A DNA stretch of 64,000 nucleotides from Thermoanaerobaculia bacterium (GTDB lineage Bacteria; Acidobacteriota; Thermoanaerobaculia; UBA5066; Gp7-AA6), in the NCBI GenBank assembly GCA_038203955.1, contig JBBRDK010000007.1:299-64298 (forward strand), read 5' to 3'. Positions within the stretch are counted from its first letter, which is position 1. Each line of letters starts with the position of its first letter. The position numbers and the translations under genes were made by a program. Positions 43,597 to 53,700 of this stretch are shown here, piece after piece. The notes beneath the pieces were generated by a model, which was not told the DNA's origin, did no database searches, and worked only from the letters and a program-made list of their open reading frames with translations.

Positions 43597-43631
43597 TACG
43601 CTTAACGCTGAACGCTTTACGCTCAACCCGC
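43597..43631. repeat. Heptamer array TACGCTT AACGCTG AACGCTT TACGCTC AACCCGC
   Basis: Five units. Ends 13 nt before the start of the next gene. Confidence 0.8.
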
Positions 43632-43644
43632 TTACGATACCGGC

Positions 43645-44676
43645 ATGAAAGCCGTCTTCTTCCACCAGCACGGCGGCAACGAGGTTCTCCAGTACGGCGA
43701 CCGGGCGGAGCCGGAGCCCGGGCCGGGCGAGGTTCGCGTCGCGATCCGGGCCGCCGCGTTGAATCGGCTCGACCTCTTCGTGCGCAACGGCATTCCCCAC
43801 GTGCCGCTTCCTCAGGTGCCCGGAGCCGACGGGGCCGGAGTCGTCGACCTCGCCGGGCCGGGTGTCGAAGGCTTCAGCCCCGGAGACCGCGTCCTGATTC
43901 AGCCGGGGCTCTCCTGCGGCGCCTGCGAGTTCTGCCGCTCGGGCGAGCAGAGCGTCTGCGTGAAGTACCGCATCTTAGGCGAGCACCTCGCGGGCACGTT
44001 CGCCGAGAAGGTCGTCGTTCCCGCACGCAACCTCTTCCCGATCCCCGAAAAACTGTCGTTCGAGCAGGCGGCAGCCTTTCCGCTGGTCTATCAGACGGCT
44101 TGGCGGATGATCGTCAGCCGAGCCGCGCTGCGCCCCGGAGAGATCGTCCTCGTTCATGGGGCGGGGGGAGGCGTGGCCGGCGCGGCCATCGAGATCGCCC
44201 TTCTCTGCGGAGGGCGCGTCTGGGCGACGACGTCCGGAGAGGAGAAGATGCGGCAGGTCGGCGGATCGGGCGCGGAGGTCGTCCTCGACTACAGGAAGTC
44301 CGACGTCGGCAAGGAGGTGCGCGCCCGCACCGGCAAGCGCGGCGTCGACGTCGTGGTCGATTGCGTGGGCGAGGCGACGTGGATGACCTCGCTTCAGGCG
44401 GCCTCGAAGGCCGGGCGGATCGTGACCTGCGGGGCGACGTCGGGCCCCAACCCGAAGGAAGAAATTCGTCTCATCTTCTGGAAGCAGCTTTCCATCCTCG
44501 GGTCCACGATGGCGAACGACCGCGAGTTCCGCGCGCTGCTCTCCGCGGTTTCCGCGGGCCGCCTCACGCCCCGCATCGACCAGGTGTTTCCGTTCTCCCG
44601 CGCGGCAGAGGCGTACCGACGCCTCGAAGAGGGGCGCCAGCATGGAAAGATCATTCTCGTCCCCGATCCTTCCTAG
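43645..44676 (+). CDS. Zinc-type alcohol dehydrogenase / quinone oxidoreductase (MDR family)
   Basis: 343 aa. GADGAGVV, a structural-zinc Cys cluster (CGACEFCRSGEQSVC) and the Rossmann motif VHGAGGGVAGAA. Confidence 0.85.
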   Translation: MKAVFFHQHGGNEVLQYGDRAEPEPGPGEVRVAIRAAALNRLDLFVRNGIPHVPLPQVPGADGAGVVDLAGPGVEGFSPGDRVLIQPGLSCGACEFCRSGEQSVCVKYRILGEHLAGTFAEKVVVPARNLFPIPEKLSFEQAAAFPLVYQTAWRMIVSRAALRPGEIVLVHGAGGGVAGAAIEIALLCGGRVWATTSGEEKMRQVGGSGAEVVLDYRKSDVGKEVRARTGKRGVDVVVDCVGEATWMTSLQAASKAGRIVTCGATSGPNPKEEIRLIFWKQLSILGSTMANDREFRALLSAVSAGRLTPRIDQVFPFSRAAEAYRRLEEGRQHGKIILVPDPS

Positions 44677-44751
44677 GAGCGTGTGCGAGTCATGTCCGTC
44701 GCGAGCGCGGTGAGGCCGAAGCGAGAGCGGGAGCGCAGGGCTTCCATGAGC

Positions 44752-44771
44752 GGGGGACCGGTCGGTCCCCC
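44752..44771. terminator. 8-bp GC hairpin downstream of the dehydrogenase gene
   Basis: GGGGGACC-ggtc-GGTCCCCC. No U-tract. Confidence 0.3.
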
Positions 44772-44932
44772 GGTACCCCCGGGTGCGCCGAGGCGTAGCC
44801 CCGCCACGCCGCACACGCCCCAGGGGTCCAAGGGACTGCCGAAGTCCCCAGCTCAGAATTCGACCGAGCATTCCGCTTGCGGCGAGAGACACGCCTTCGC
44901 GCAGCAGGAGATTACGAGGACAGGCTCCTAAC

Positions 44933-46099
44933 GTGCCGTCCGGTCCGCCTCTTTCGATTCTGCAGATCCTGGAGAAGGGTCTGTTCTCCACCGGAAGCGT
45001 GGTGCAGATGTTCCAGCTGGCGCGGGGCCTTTCCCGACGCGGCCACCGCGTGGCGATCGTGTCTCGCGACGCCGGGGACGTTCCGGGCGAGGCGCGCCAG
45101 GAAGGGCTCGATTTCTACGCCCTGCCGTTAAAGCACGAGTTCGACTTCGCGAGCGCGCGGAAGCTGGCCGTCCTGGTGGACGAGCGAGAGGTGGACGTCA
45201 TTCACGTGCACAAGGGAATCGCGCACTCCATCGCGCTCTTTTCGACTCTTTTCTCGCGCCGGCGGCCGGTGCTCGTCGTAAACCGGGGGGTCTCGTTCCC
45301 GCTCGACCCGTTCAATCGAATCAAGTACCACGTGCGGATGGACGCCGTCGTCACGGTGTGCGAGGACATCAAAAGAGTCATCGTGGCGTCGGGCCGGCTC
45401 GCGCCCGGGATCGTCCACGTGATCTACGCCGGCGTGGACCTCTCGGTGTTCGATCCCGACAGGACGGACGGGCCGAGAGTCCGCCGCGAGTGGGGAGTCT
45501 CCCCGGACGACACGCTGCTGGTTCAGGTCGGCGCGCGGGAGTGGAAGGGCTGGAGGGACCTGGTGTCCGCGACGGCCCTCCTCGCGCCGGAGTTCCCCCG
45601 GTTCCGCACGGCGGTCGTGGCGTGCGAGGACGAGGCGAAGAAGGCCGACGTTCTGGCGTTTGCCCGCGCGCAGGGTGTCCAAGACCGGGTGCTGCCGATC
45701 GGTTTCCGGTCGGACATGCCCGACGTCCTCGCCGCCGCCGACATGATCGCCGACCTCTCCTACGAGGGGCTGGGAGTGACGGGGACGCTGCGCGAGGCGA
45801 TGGCACTCGGCAAACCGGTGCTCGGCAGCGCCGCCGGGGGAAACCCCGAGCTCGTCGTCGACCGCGAGTCCGGCCTGCTCGTCCCTCCTCGAGATCCTCC
45901 GGCGATGGCGGCGGCCGTCCGGCGCCTCCTGGCGGACCCGGCGCTGGCGGCGAGGCTCGGGCAGAACGCCCGCGCGCGCGTCGAGGCCGGGTTCTCCTCC
46001 GAAGTGCGCCTCGACCGGATCGAGGCCCTCTACCGGGGCCTCATCTCCGAAAAAGCCAGAGGGCGAGAGAGAAGAGGAGCGACAGCAGCAGGCAGGTGA
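44933..46099 (+). CDS. GT4-family glycosyltransferase
   Basis: Start placed at GTG 44933 (VPSGPPLSILQILEKGLFSTGS...). The C-terminal half carries the E(x7)E region (LREAMALGKPVLGSAAGGNPELV). Confidence 0.8.
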   Translation: MPSGPPLSILQILEKGLFSTGSVVQMFQLARGLSRRGHRVAIVSRDAGDVPGEARQEGLDFYALPLKHEFDFASARKLAVLVDEREVDVIHVHKGIAHSIALFSTLFSRRRPVLVVNRGVSFPLDPFNRIKYHVRMDAVVTVCEDIKRVIVASGRLAPGIVHVIYAGVDLSVFDPDRTDGPRVRREWGVSPDDTLLVQVGAREWKGWRDLVSATALLAPEFPRFRTAVVACEDEAKKADVLAFARAQGVQDRVLPIGFRSDMPDVLAAADMIADLSYEGLGVTGTLREAMALGKPVLGSAAGGNPELVVDRESGLLVPPRDPPAMAAAVRRLLADPALAARLGQNARARVEAGFSSEVRLDRIEALYRGLISEKARGRERRGATAAGR

Positions 46100-46223
46100 C
46101 CAGGGGGAACGCGAACGTCCAACCTCCCCGGCGCACCACGAAGTCGCCCGGCAGTCGTCCGGCATAGCGGGAGAGGACCGGCCACAGCACGGCCGCGGCG
46201 ACCAGCAGGAGTCCCGCCGCCAT
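46041..46223 (-). CDS. DUF2905-like small membrane protein
   Basis: Start at the internal Met: MAAGLLLVAAAVLWPVLSRYAGRLPGDFVVRRGGWTFAFPLVTCLLLSLLFSLALWLFRR. Overlaps the convergent glycosyltransferase 3' end by 59 nt. Confidence 0.55.
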   Translation of the reverse strand: MAAGLLLVAAAVLWPVLSRYAGRLPGDFVVRRGGWTFAFPLVTCLLLSLLFSLALWLFRR

Positions 46224-46366
46224 CAGCAAGCCTCGGATCGGAAACTGCACGGTCGAGAACCTCCTCCCTGTCCCGTCTTGTCGCCCGTCGCCTTTGGTCT
46301 TTCGCCAGATCCGTGCCATGATCGCTTCCCCTCATCGGGCGCGCACGGGCTTTCCGAACGCACGCC

Positions 46367-47077
46367 ATGACCGAAATCACGTCTCCCCGACGCCCCGTTC
46401 TCCGGATCCGCGATCTCCCGTGCGAAGAGCGTCCCCGCGAGCGACTCGCGCGGGTGGGCGCCGCCGCTCTTTCGAACGAGGAGCTCCTCTCGCTCCTGCT
46501 CGGTTCCGGCACGCGCGGCGAGAATGCTCTCGACCGAGCCCGGAGCCTCCTCGCCGAGCATGGCGGCTTAGTCGCCCTCGCCGGAATGTCGGGCGCCGAG
46601 CTGCGCCGCGAGCGCGGGATCAAAGGCGCCCGGGCCGCCGTCATCGAAGCCTCCCTCGAGCTCGGCCGGCGCCTGTCGACCGAGGCCATCGCGCCGCGCG
46701 ACCTTTTCCACGAGCCGAATCTCGTCAAGGAGTATCTCCGCCGGGCGCGCGGAGACGGCGCGCAGGAGCGGACGGGTGCGCTGTTCGTCAACGCGAGGAA
46801 CCGGCTGCTGAAGGACGATCCGGACATCTACCGGGGCACGCTCGATCGGGCGGTCGTCGAGCCGCGCGAGATCTTGAAGCGCGCCCTGCTGGCCAACGCG
46901 GCGGGAGTGATCCTGTACCACAACCATCCGTCGGGAGATCCCTCCCCGTCGCGGGAAGACCGCGAGTTCACCCGGAGGCTCGCAACCGCTGCCGAGTCAG
47001 TCGGCGTGCGGCTGCTCGATCACATCGTGGTCGGCCGTTCCGGCTGCATCTCGTTCCGCGAGGCGGGATTGCTGTAA
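46367..47077 (+). CDS. radC: RadC-family JAB/MPN domain protein
   Basis: HhH-like N-terminal region plus the JAMM motif ILYHNHPSGDPSPSREDREFT. Confidence 0.85.
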   Translation: MTEITSPRRPVLRIRDLPCEERPRERLARVGAAALSNEELLSLLLGSGTRGENALDRARSLLAEHGGLVALAGMSGAELRRERGIKGARAAVIEASLELGRRLSTEAIAPRDLFHEPNLVKEYLRRARGDGAQERTGALFVNARNRLLKDDPDIYRGTLDRAVVEPREILKRALLANAAGVILYHNHPSGDPSPSREDREFTRRLATAAESVGVRLLDHIVVGRSGCISFREAGLL

Positions 47078-47080
47078 GAA

Positions 47081-47129
47081 AGTTGACAGTTGACAGTTGA
47101 GAGTCGAGAGTCGAGAGTCCAGAGTGGAG
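47081..47129. repeat. Heptamer array AGTTGAC x2, AGTTGAG, AGTCGAG x2, AGTCCAG, AGTGGAG
   Basis: Seven units in register, starting 3 nt after the radC stop. Confidence 0.9.
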
Positions 47130-47193
47130 CAGCCCGGCTGATCTGGGGCGCCACTCGGTGTATGTTGGGCGTCCCTTTCCGGGGGCTCTTTTG

Positions 47194-47256
47194 AACGCTC
47201 AACGCATAACGCTCAACGCTTAACCCTCAAAACTCTCAACTCCTAACTCTCAACTT
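47194..47256. repeat. Heptamer array AACGCTC AACGCAT AACGCTC AACGCTT AACCCTC, then AACTC-type units
   Basis: 47195-47225 is identical (31/31) to 50677-50707. The array ends 4 nt before the metG GTG start. Confidence 0.9.
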
Positions 47257-47260
47257 CCTC

Positions 47261-49240
47261 GTGCGCTTCTACGCCACCACGCCGATCTACTACGTCAACG
47301 ATCTGCCCCACATCGGGCACATCTATTCGACCGTCGTCGGCGATGCGCTGACGCGCTTCCACCGGTTGATCGGCGAGCCCACCCGTTTTCTGACCGGGAC
47401 GGACGAGCACGGGCAGAAGATCGAGAAGGCGGCCTCCGAGCAGAACCTTCGGCCGATCGAGCTGGCGGACCGCGTGGTGGCGCGCTACGGCGAGCTCTGG
47501 AAGACGTACGACATCGCCAACGACGATTTCATCCGGACGACCGAGCCGCGGCACCGGCGCGGGGTGGAGGCGCTGATCGCCCGGATCGAGGCGGCGGGGG
47601 ACTTCTACACCGCGAAGCACGAGGGGTGGTACTGCTCGGGCTGTGAGCTGTTCTATACGGAGAAGGAGCTCGATTCCGGGAAGCGATGTCCCATCCACGG
47701 CACCGTCTGCACCTGGGAGTCGGAGGAAAACGTCTTCTTCCGCCTTTCGAAGTACGCGGAACCTCTCCTGCGCCACATCGAGGCGCACCCCGAGTTCATC
47801 CGGCCCGAGACGCGGCGCGCCGAGGTGGTGTCCTTCATCCGCGGAGGATTGAACGATCTTTCGGTCTCGCGCACGACGCTCCAGTGGGGCATCCCCTTTC
47901 CGAATCATCCCGGGCACGTCGTCTACGTCTGGTTCGACGCCCTGGCGAATTACATCACCGCGCTGGGATTCGGAGCGGAGGACGATCGGCTCTACCGGGA
48001 ATTCTGGGCCGACCCGGACTCCCGACGCGTCCACCTGATCGGCAAGGACATTCTGAGGTTTCACGCCGTCTACTGGCCCGTGTTCCTGCTGTCGGCCGGG
48101 CTTCCCCTGCCGACGACGGTCTGGGCCCACGGGTGGTGGCTGCGCGACGGGAAGAAGATCTCGAAGTCGGTCGGCGGCATCGTGCGCCCGGATGAGCTCG
48201 CCGCGACCTTCGGGCCCGACGCGGTGCGTTATTTCCTCCTGCGCGAGATGGCGTTCGGACAGGATGCCAGCTTTTCCGACGAGGCCTTCCTCGTGCGGTA
48301 CAACGCGGACCTCGCCAACGACCTCGGCAACACCGTGTCGAGGGTCGCCGCTCTCTGCCGTCAGTCGTTCGGCTCGGCGCCCACCGTGCCTTGCGGCGTC
48401 AACGAGATTCACACGGCCTACCGGCCTCTCCGGAAGGAGTGGCGGGAGGCCATGGAAGAGCTCGCGTTCCACCGTGCTCTCGAAGCCGTGTGGAAGCTCC
48501 TCTCCCAGATCAACGGCTACGTGGTCAGCCGCGAGCCGTGGAAGATCCGGAAGGAGGAGGGCGCGTCCGACCGGCTGCAGAGAATCCTCTACGGAGCGGC
48601 CGAAGGCGTGCGGCTCGCAGCCGTCCTCCTCTCGCCGTTTCTTCCGGCGACGTCCCGGAAGGTCTTCGAGACGCTGGGTCTTCCGCCGCGCGACCCGGAC
48701 GAGCACGACCTGCGCTGGGGAGGCCTGGTCCTGGGGGCGCCTCTCCCCGAGTCTCCGGCCCTCTTCCCCCGCGCCGACATCGCCGCGTATCTGAAAGGAG
48801 AGCAGAGTCCCATGGAAGACAAATCGATCCCCCCGCCGGCCGCTTCCGCCCCCGCGCCGGAGGCGCCGCCCGTCGAGACCACCCAGGCCGTCTCGCCCTC
48901 GATTCCCGACGCGCGCATCGGAATCGAAGAGTTTCAGAGAGTCCGACTGGTCACCGCGAAGGTGCTCACCGCCGAGCGGGTCCCCAAGTCCAACAAGCTG
49001 ATGAAGCTCCAGGTCGACCTCGGGACCGAACAGCGGCAGATCGTCGCCGGGATCGCCGCCCGCTACGAGCCGGAGGTCCTGGTCGGCCGAAACGTCGTGA
49101 TCGTGGCGAACCTGAAGCCCGCGAAGCTCATGGGCGTCGAGTCGAATGGGATGATCCTCGCCGCGACGGTGGGGGAAGCGGGCGAGCCCTCTCTGCTGGA
49201 GGTGGCCGCCGACGTCCCGCCGGGCAGCCGGGTGAAGTAG
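47261..49240 (+). CDS. metG: Methionine--tRNA ligase with a C-terminal tRNA-binding (Trbp111/EMAP-like) domain
   Basis: HIGH motif (DLPHIGH), KMSKS variant KISKS, zinc knuckle CSGC...CPIHG, C-terminal VLTAERVPKSNKLMKLQVDLG. Confidence 0.95.
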   Translation: MRFYATTPIYYVNDLPHIGHIYSTVVGDALTRFHRLIGEPTRFLTGTDEHGQKIEKAASEQNLRPIELADRVVARYGELWKTYDIANDDFIRTTEPRHRRGVEALIARIEAAGDFYTAKHEGWYCSGCELFYTEKELDSGKRCPIHGTVCTWESEENVFFRLSKYAEPLLRHIEAHPEFIRPETRRAEVVSFIRGGLNDLSVSRTTLQWGIPFPNHPGHVVYVWFDALANYITALGFGAEDDRLYREFWADPDSRRVHLIGKDILRFHAVYWPVFLLSAGLPLPTTVWAHGWWLRDGKKISKSVGGIVRPDELAATFGPDAVRYFLLREMAFGQDASFSDEAFLVRYNADLANDLGNTVSRVAALCRQSFGSAPTVPCGVNEIHTAYRPLRKEWREAMEELAFHRALEAVWKLLSQINGYVVSREPWKIRKEEGASDRLQRILYGAAEGVRLAAVLLSPFLPATSRKVFETLGLPPRDPDEHDLRWGGLVLGAPLPESPALFPRADIAAYLKGEQSPMEDKSIPPPAASAPAPEAPPVETTQAVSPSIPDARIGIEEFQRVRLVTAKVLTAERVPKSNKLMKLQVDLGTEQRQIVAGIAARYEPEVLVGRNVVIVANLKPAKLMGVESNGMILAATVGEAGEPSLLEVAADVPPGSRVK

Positions 49241-49296
49241 AGCTGTCAGCTGTCAGCTCTCAGCTTTCAGTTTTGAGTTCTCAATCTTGAGTTGAG
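49241..49296. repeat. Eight-unit heptamer array AGCTGTC x2, AGCTCTC, AGCTTTC, AGTTTTG, AGTTCTC, AATCTTG, AGTTGAG
   Basis: Starts at the nt after the metG TAG stop. Register unbroken. Confidence 0.9.
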
Positions 49297-49312
49297 TCAA
49301 GGGGAGACCCGT

Positions 49313-50104
49313 GTGAGCGACCGTCTCGTGCTGGCCGATTCACATTGCCACCTGCAGCTCGAGGGACGGGGCGGCGTCGCTGACGATACGGACGCGCTGC
49401 TCGCACGGGCGCGCGCGGCCGGCGTCGGGCGGTTCCTGGTCCCGGGGACGACGCTCGCCGATTCCGAGGCGGCGCTCGCGATCGCGCGTCGTCACTCCGA
49501 CGTCGTCGCGGCGGTGGGCGTCCACCCGCACGAGGCGAAGAACTTCGATCCCGAGCGGGACGGGCCGCGTCTGGAAGCGCTGGCCCGCGACCCGAAGGCT
49601 GCCGCGATCGGCGAGGTCGGCCTCGACTTTCACTACGACCTTTCGCCTCGAAACGTTCAGATCGCCGTTCTCGAATGGATGCTGGATCTGGCGCGCCGCC
49701 TCAAAAAGCCGGCCATTCTCCACAACCGGGAGAGCGGCAGCGAGATGTACGCACTTCTCTCGCGTCAGGAACGCCGCGACCGCCCGGGCGTGTACCACTC
49801 GTTCACGGAGACGGCGGAGTACGGCCGCAAGGCGATCGACCTCGGGTACAGGATCTCGTTCTCGGGGATGATCACTTTCCGGGCCGCCGGGAACATTCGC
49901 GCGGCGGCAGCCGGGCTGCCGCTCGACGCTCTCTTGATCGAGACGGACACGCCGTTTCTCGCGCCCGTTCCCCACCGCGGGAAACCCGGGGAGCCGGCGT
50001 TCGTCGTCGAGACCGCGAAAGCGCTCGCGGCCGCGCAGGTCACCGACCTGGCGGCGGTCGCGGCGGCCACCACATCGAACTTCGACGCGCTCTTCCTCTC
50101 GTGA
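49313..50104 (+). CDS. TatD-family metal-dependent hydrolase
   Basis: DSHCHL, EVGLDFHY and HSF motifs. I prefer GTG 49313, which has AAGGGGAG upstream, over the track TTG 49292. Confidence 0.85.
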   Translation: MSDRLVLADSHCHLQLEGRGGVADDTDALLARARAAGVGRFLVPGTTLADSEAALAIARRHSDVVAAVGVHPHEAKNFDPERDGPRLEALARDPKAAAIGEVGLDFHYDLSPRNVQIAVLEWMLDLARRLKKPAILHNRESGSEMYALLSRQERRDRPGVYHSFTETAEYGRKAIDLGYRISFSGMITFRAAGNIRAAAAGLPLDALLIETDTPFLAPVPHRGKPGEPAFVVETAKALAAAQVTDLAAVAAATTSNFDALFLS

Positions 50105-50466
50105 GCCCCCGCCTCTCTCCCGAGGAGTTCGATGCCTGCGTCGAGGAAGCGCTGGCGCAGGTCCCGCCCGCGTTCGCCCGCTACATCGAAAACGTCGTCG
50201 TCGTGGTCGAAGAGGAGCCGGCCGTCGAAGACTACGAGGAGACGGACACGCCGGACGACGACGAGCTCTTCGGGATCTTTCGCGGCATGGACGTCTTCGA
50301 CCGCCAGTCGGCGGTCTCGCACCTGCCGGGCCAGATCGCGATCTTCCGAGGCCCGATCCTGCGGACCTGCCGCTCGAAAGGGGAAGCCATCCGGGAGATC
50401 CGCGACACGGTCGTCCACGAGATCGGACACGTGCTCGGGCTGTCGGATGAGGAGATGCCGTATTAG
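50101..50466 (+). CDS. Zinicin-like metallopeptidase family protein (HExxH, C-terminal ...MPY)
   Basis: GTG 50101 overlaps the tatD stop (GTGA). VVHEIGHVLGLSDEEMPY. Confidence 0.7.
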   Translation: MSPRLSPEEFDACVEEALAQVPPAFARYIENVVVVVEEEPAVEDYEETDTPDDDELFGIFRGMDVFDRQSAVSHLPGQIAIFRGPILRTCRSKGEAIREIRDTVVHEIGHVLGLSDEEMPY

Positions 50467-50477
50467 CCGAGAGGAGG

Positions 50478-50505
50478 GTTGAGCGTTGAGCGTTCAGCGT
50501 TTGTT
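50478..50505. repeat. Heptamer array GTTGAGC x2, GTTCAGC, GTTTGTT
   Basis: Inverted relative to 50676-50707. Confidence 0.8.
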
Positions 50506-50536
50506 GGGACACGAGGGCGAGGCGGGAGGAGGGGCC

Positions 50537-50592
50537 GGGAGCCGAGCGACTAACGGGAGCGAGACGGCCGCGGTACTCCGCGGTCAACTAGA
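50537..50592 (+). repeat. Conserved 56-nt element, copy 2
   Basis: gggagccgagcgactaacgggagcgagacggccgcggtactccgcggtcaactaga, followed by one GGGAATC unit. Confidence 0.9.
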
Positions 50593-50675
50593 TCGGGAAT
50601 CGAAAGAAGGGGGACGGCTGACGGCTCACTCTCCCCCTCTCCGCGGGCGCGCAGGAGGGGGGAGTTCCCGGGTTC

Positions 50676-50707
50676 GACGCTCAACGCATAACGCTCAACG
50701 CTTAACC
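50676..50707. repeat. Heptamer array GACGCTC AACGCAT AACGCTC AACGCTT AACC
   Basis: Contains the stop codon (50695-50697) and the last 4 codons of the sortilin-like gene. Confidence 0.9.
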
Positions 50708-53700
50708 GCGTTCTTCTTCACTTCCCCCCAGTGCGCGAGCGTCTTTTCTAGCGACTCGGACAGCTCCTTCCAGGCGGCCACGGCCTGGGTCGTCGGGGCG
50801 GTGTCCGAGCCCTCGACGACGGCATAGAGGCTCGCGAGCTTTCCGTTCAGGCCGGACAGGTCGTCCCGGTTCGCTCCCCGGCGGCCTCCGCCCGAGCCCT
50901 CGAGGGCGAGCAGGTCCGCCTCGTAGGTCGAGGGAGATCCCTTCCGCGCCTCCGCCTCGCCCGCCGGCTTCAGTCTCGCCCGCGCCGCTTTCACTTCCGT
51001 GAGCGCCGCCAGGTCGCGGGCAAGCGCGGCGGAGATCGCGGTCGCGAGGCGGAACCGGTCCGCGAGGCCTTCCGGAGGCGTCTTCACGCGGGGATCCATG
51101 CGCACCGTGAGAGGCGCCGTGACCGCGCGCCCGCCGGCCGTCAGCCGGACCGTGTACGCGCCCGCCAGGACCGCCGGACCGACCGGATGCCGCGGCGTGT
51201 CCCCCGGCACGGCCGAGATCGGGTATTCGTGCTCGAGCACGTCGGGGGGCAGGTAGTGCAGGTCCCACACGAAACGGTGCATCCCGGGCTCGGCGGACAG
51301 GATCGCCGGACGGCGGAGCCAGTAGGTTGGGACGTTCAACTCCGGATCCACCGGCTCCGGGCGATCCGCGCTCGTGTATTTCCGGACGAGCTTTCCCGCC
51401 GAGTCGAGGATCTCGAGGACGACCGGCTGCGCCGGCCTCGACTTCAGGACGTAATTCACGATGGCGCCGTCGGGAGGGTTCTGACCCGCCGGCTCTTCGG
51501 GGGGCAGGGGCGTGTCGGGCCACTGACTCCGCTTGACGCGCGTCGCCACCTGCGGCCGGAAGAGATGGACGTCGGGCACGACGGCCTCCGCCGCCATCTG
51601 GCGCAGGGGCGTGATGTCGTCCAGGATCCAGAAGGAGCGCCCGTGGGTCCCGACGACCAGGTCGTCTCCGTGCACGACGAGGTCGCGGACCGAGGTCGCC
51701 GGCAGGTTGTTCCGTACCGACTGCCACTCGTCGCCGTCGTCGAAAGAGACGTACACCCCGCGCTCCGTCCCGGCAAAGAGCAGGCCGCGGCGCTCCGGGT
51801 CCTCGCGCACCGCGTTCACGACCTCGTTCTCGGGGATTCCGCGGACGATCTCCTGCCAGCTCGCGCCGCCGTCGCGCGTCCGGTAGATGTGCGGGCGCAG
51901 GTCGTCGAGGCGGAAGCGGTTGACCGCGGCATACGCCACCGCGGGATCCGAGTGCGACGCCTCCATCAGCGAGACCTTGCTCCACGCCGTCAGGGCCTTC
52001 GGCGTGACGTCCTTCCAGGATTTGCCGCCGTCCGCCGTGACGTGGATCAGCCCGTCATCGGTTCCGACCCAGAGACGTCCGGCTTCCTTCGGGGACGGCG
52101 CGATCGTGTAGATGACGCCGCGATGCTTCCCCTTTTCGGGATCCATCGGGGCGAAGACGCCGACACTCGCGGGCATCTCCCACGCCGCGCGGGTCAGGTC
52201 GGGCGAGAGGACGCTCCAGTTGTTGCCGCCGTCCCGCGTGGCGAAGAGGACGTTGGCGCCGAGATAGAGCAGGTGCGGATCGAGAGGGGAGAAGAGCACC
52301 GGCATCGTGCGAACGAAGCGGTACTTTCCGCGGATCGGCGAGGGCGAGATGTCCGTGGTGTCGCCCGTGCGGACGTCGTGGCGGCTGATCTTGCCGCCGT
52401 AGAGGATGTTGGGGTCGAGCGGATCGGGCGCGACGTAGCCGTACTCCTCGACGCCCACGGGATGCCAGTTTCCGAAGTGAATCGAACCGTCGTCACTGCG
52501 GCTCGAGACGCCCGCCGAACCGCTCTCCTGCTGCCCGCCGTAGACGCGGTACGGAAACTGGTTGTCGGTGATCACGTGGTAGAACTGGGCGGTCGGCTGG
52601 TTGTACCAGGAGCTCCACGTCTTCCCGCCGTTGACCGAGATCGTCGCGCCCTGGTCCGCGGCGAGAAAGAGGATCTCGGGGTGGTCCGGGTTGATCCAGA
52701 TCGTGTGGTAATCGTCGCCTCCCGGCGCGCCCTTGATCGCCGTGAAGGTGCGGCCTCCGTCGGTCGATCGGTACGTGGATGTATTCGCGGCGTAAACCAC
52801 GTCGGGATTCTTCGGGTCGACTTTCACTTCGGCGAAGTCTCCTCCTCGCCCCCAGATCCGGTTCTCCGCGTTGACGCGCCGCCACGTGGCGCCGGCGTCG
52901 TCGGAGCGGTACGTCCCGCCGTGCCCGGCGTCCGCGTCCACCTGCGCGTAGAGGCGCGACGGATCCGACGGCGCCACCGCGATGCCGATCCGGCCGAGGC
53001 CCTCCGCGATCGTCGGGAGGCCCGACGTCAGCGGCTTCCAGGTCGTCCCCCCGTCCGTCGATTTGTAGAGCCCGCTTCCGGGCCCCTGGAACGAGGCGCC
53101 GATCTCCCAGGGGGCCTGCCGGGCCGCCCAGAGGTCCGCGTACACCACCTGCGGATTCTTCGGGTCAAACGCGAGCGCGATCGCGCCGGTGTTCTCGTCC
53201 TTGTAGAGGACCCTCTCCCAGTTGTGTCCTCCGTCGGTCGAACGGAAGACGCCGCGCTCGGGGTTGGGCCCGTACGGGTGGCCGAGAACGGCGGCGAAAA
53301 CCCGGTTGGGATTCCCCGGATCGACGAGGAGGGCGCCAATCTGCTGACCGTCCCTCAAGCCGAGATGCTTCCAGCTCTTCCCGCCGTCGGTCGACTTGTA
53401 GATTCCGTCACCCGTCGAGAGGTCCGGCCGCTGGAGCCCCTCGCCGCTTCCCACATAGAGGACGTCGGGGTCGGACGGGGCGAGCGCGATGGCGCCGATC
53501 GACTGAGTCGGCTGATCCTCGAAGATGGGCACCCACGTGCGCCCCGCGTCCGTAGTCTTCCAGACGCCGCCGTTGTTGACGCCCATGAAGAAGACGTTGG
53601 GCTGCGAGGGAATCCCCGCCGCTCCGACGGTCCGTCCTCCCCGGAACGGGCCGATGCAGCGCCACCGCATCTCGGAAAAGATCCGTGGATCCGGTAGAGG

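Noticed and set aside
44683-44931. 82-aa ORF between the dehydrogenase and the glycosyltransferase
   Set aside because: Pro/Arg/Ser-rich with no motif. It overlaps a GC hairpin and the probable glycosyltransferase leader.
49340-50587. ORFs beginning MTAEYRGRLAP... (49340..50587 and 58531..58773, minus strand)
   Set aside because: Their TTG starts lie inside the 56-nt element. The shared N-termini are just the element read in one frame. Substitutions between copies are non-synonymous, and the rest of each ORF is antisense junk.
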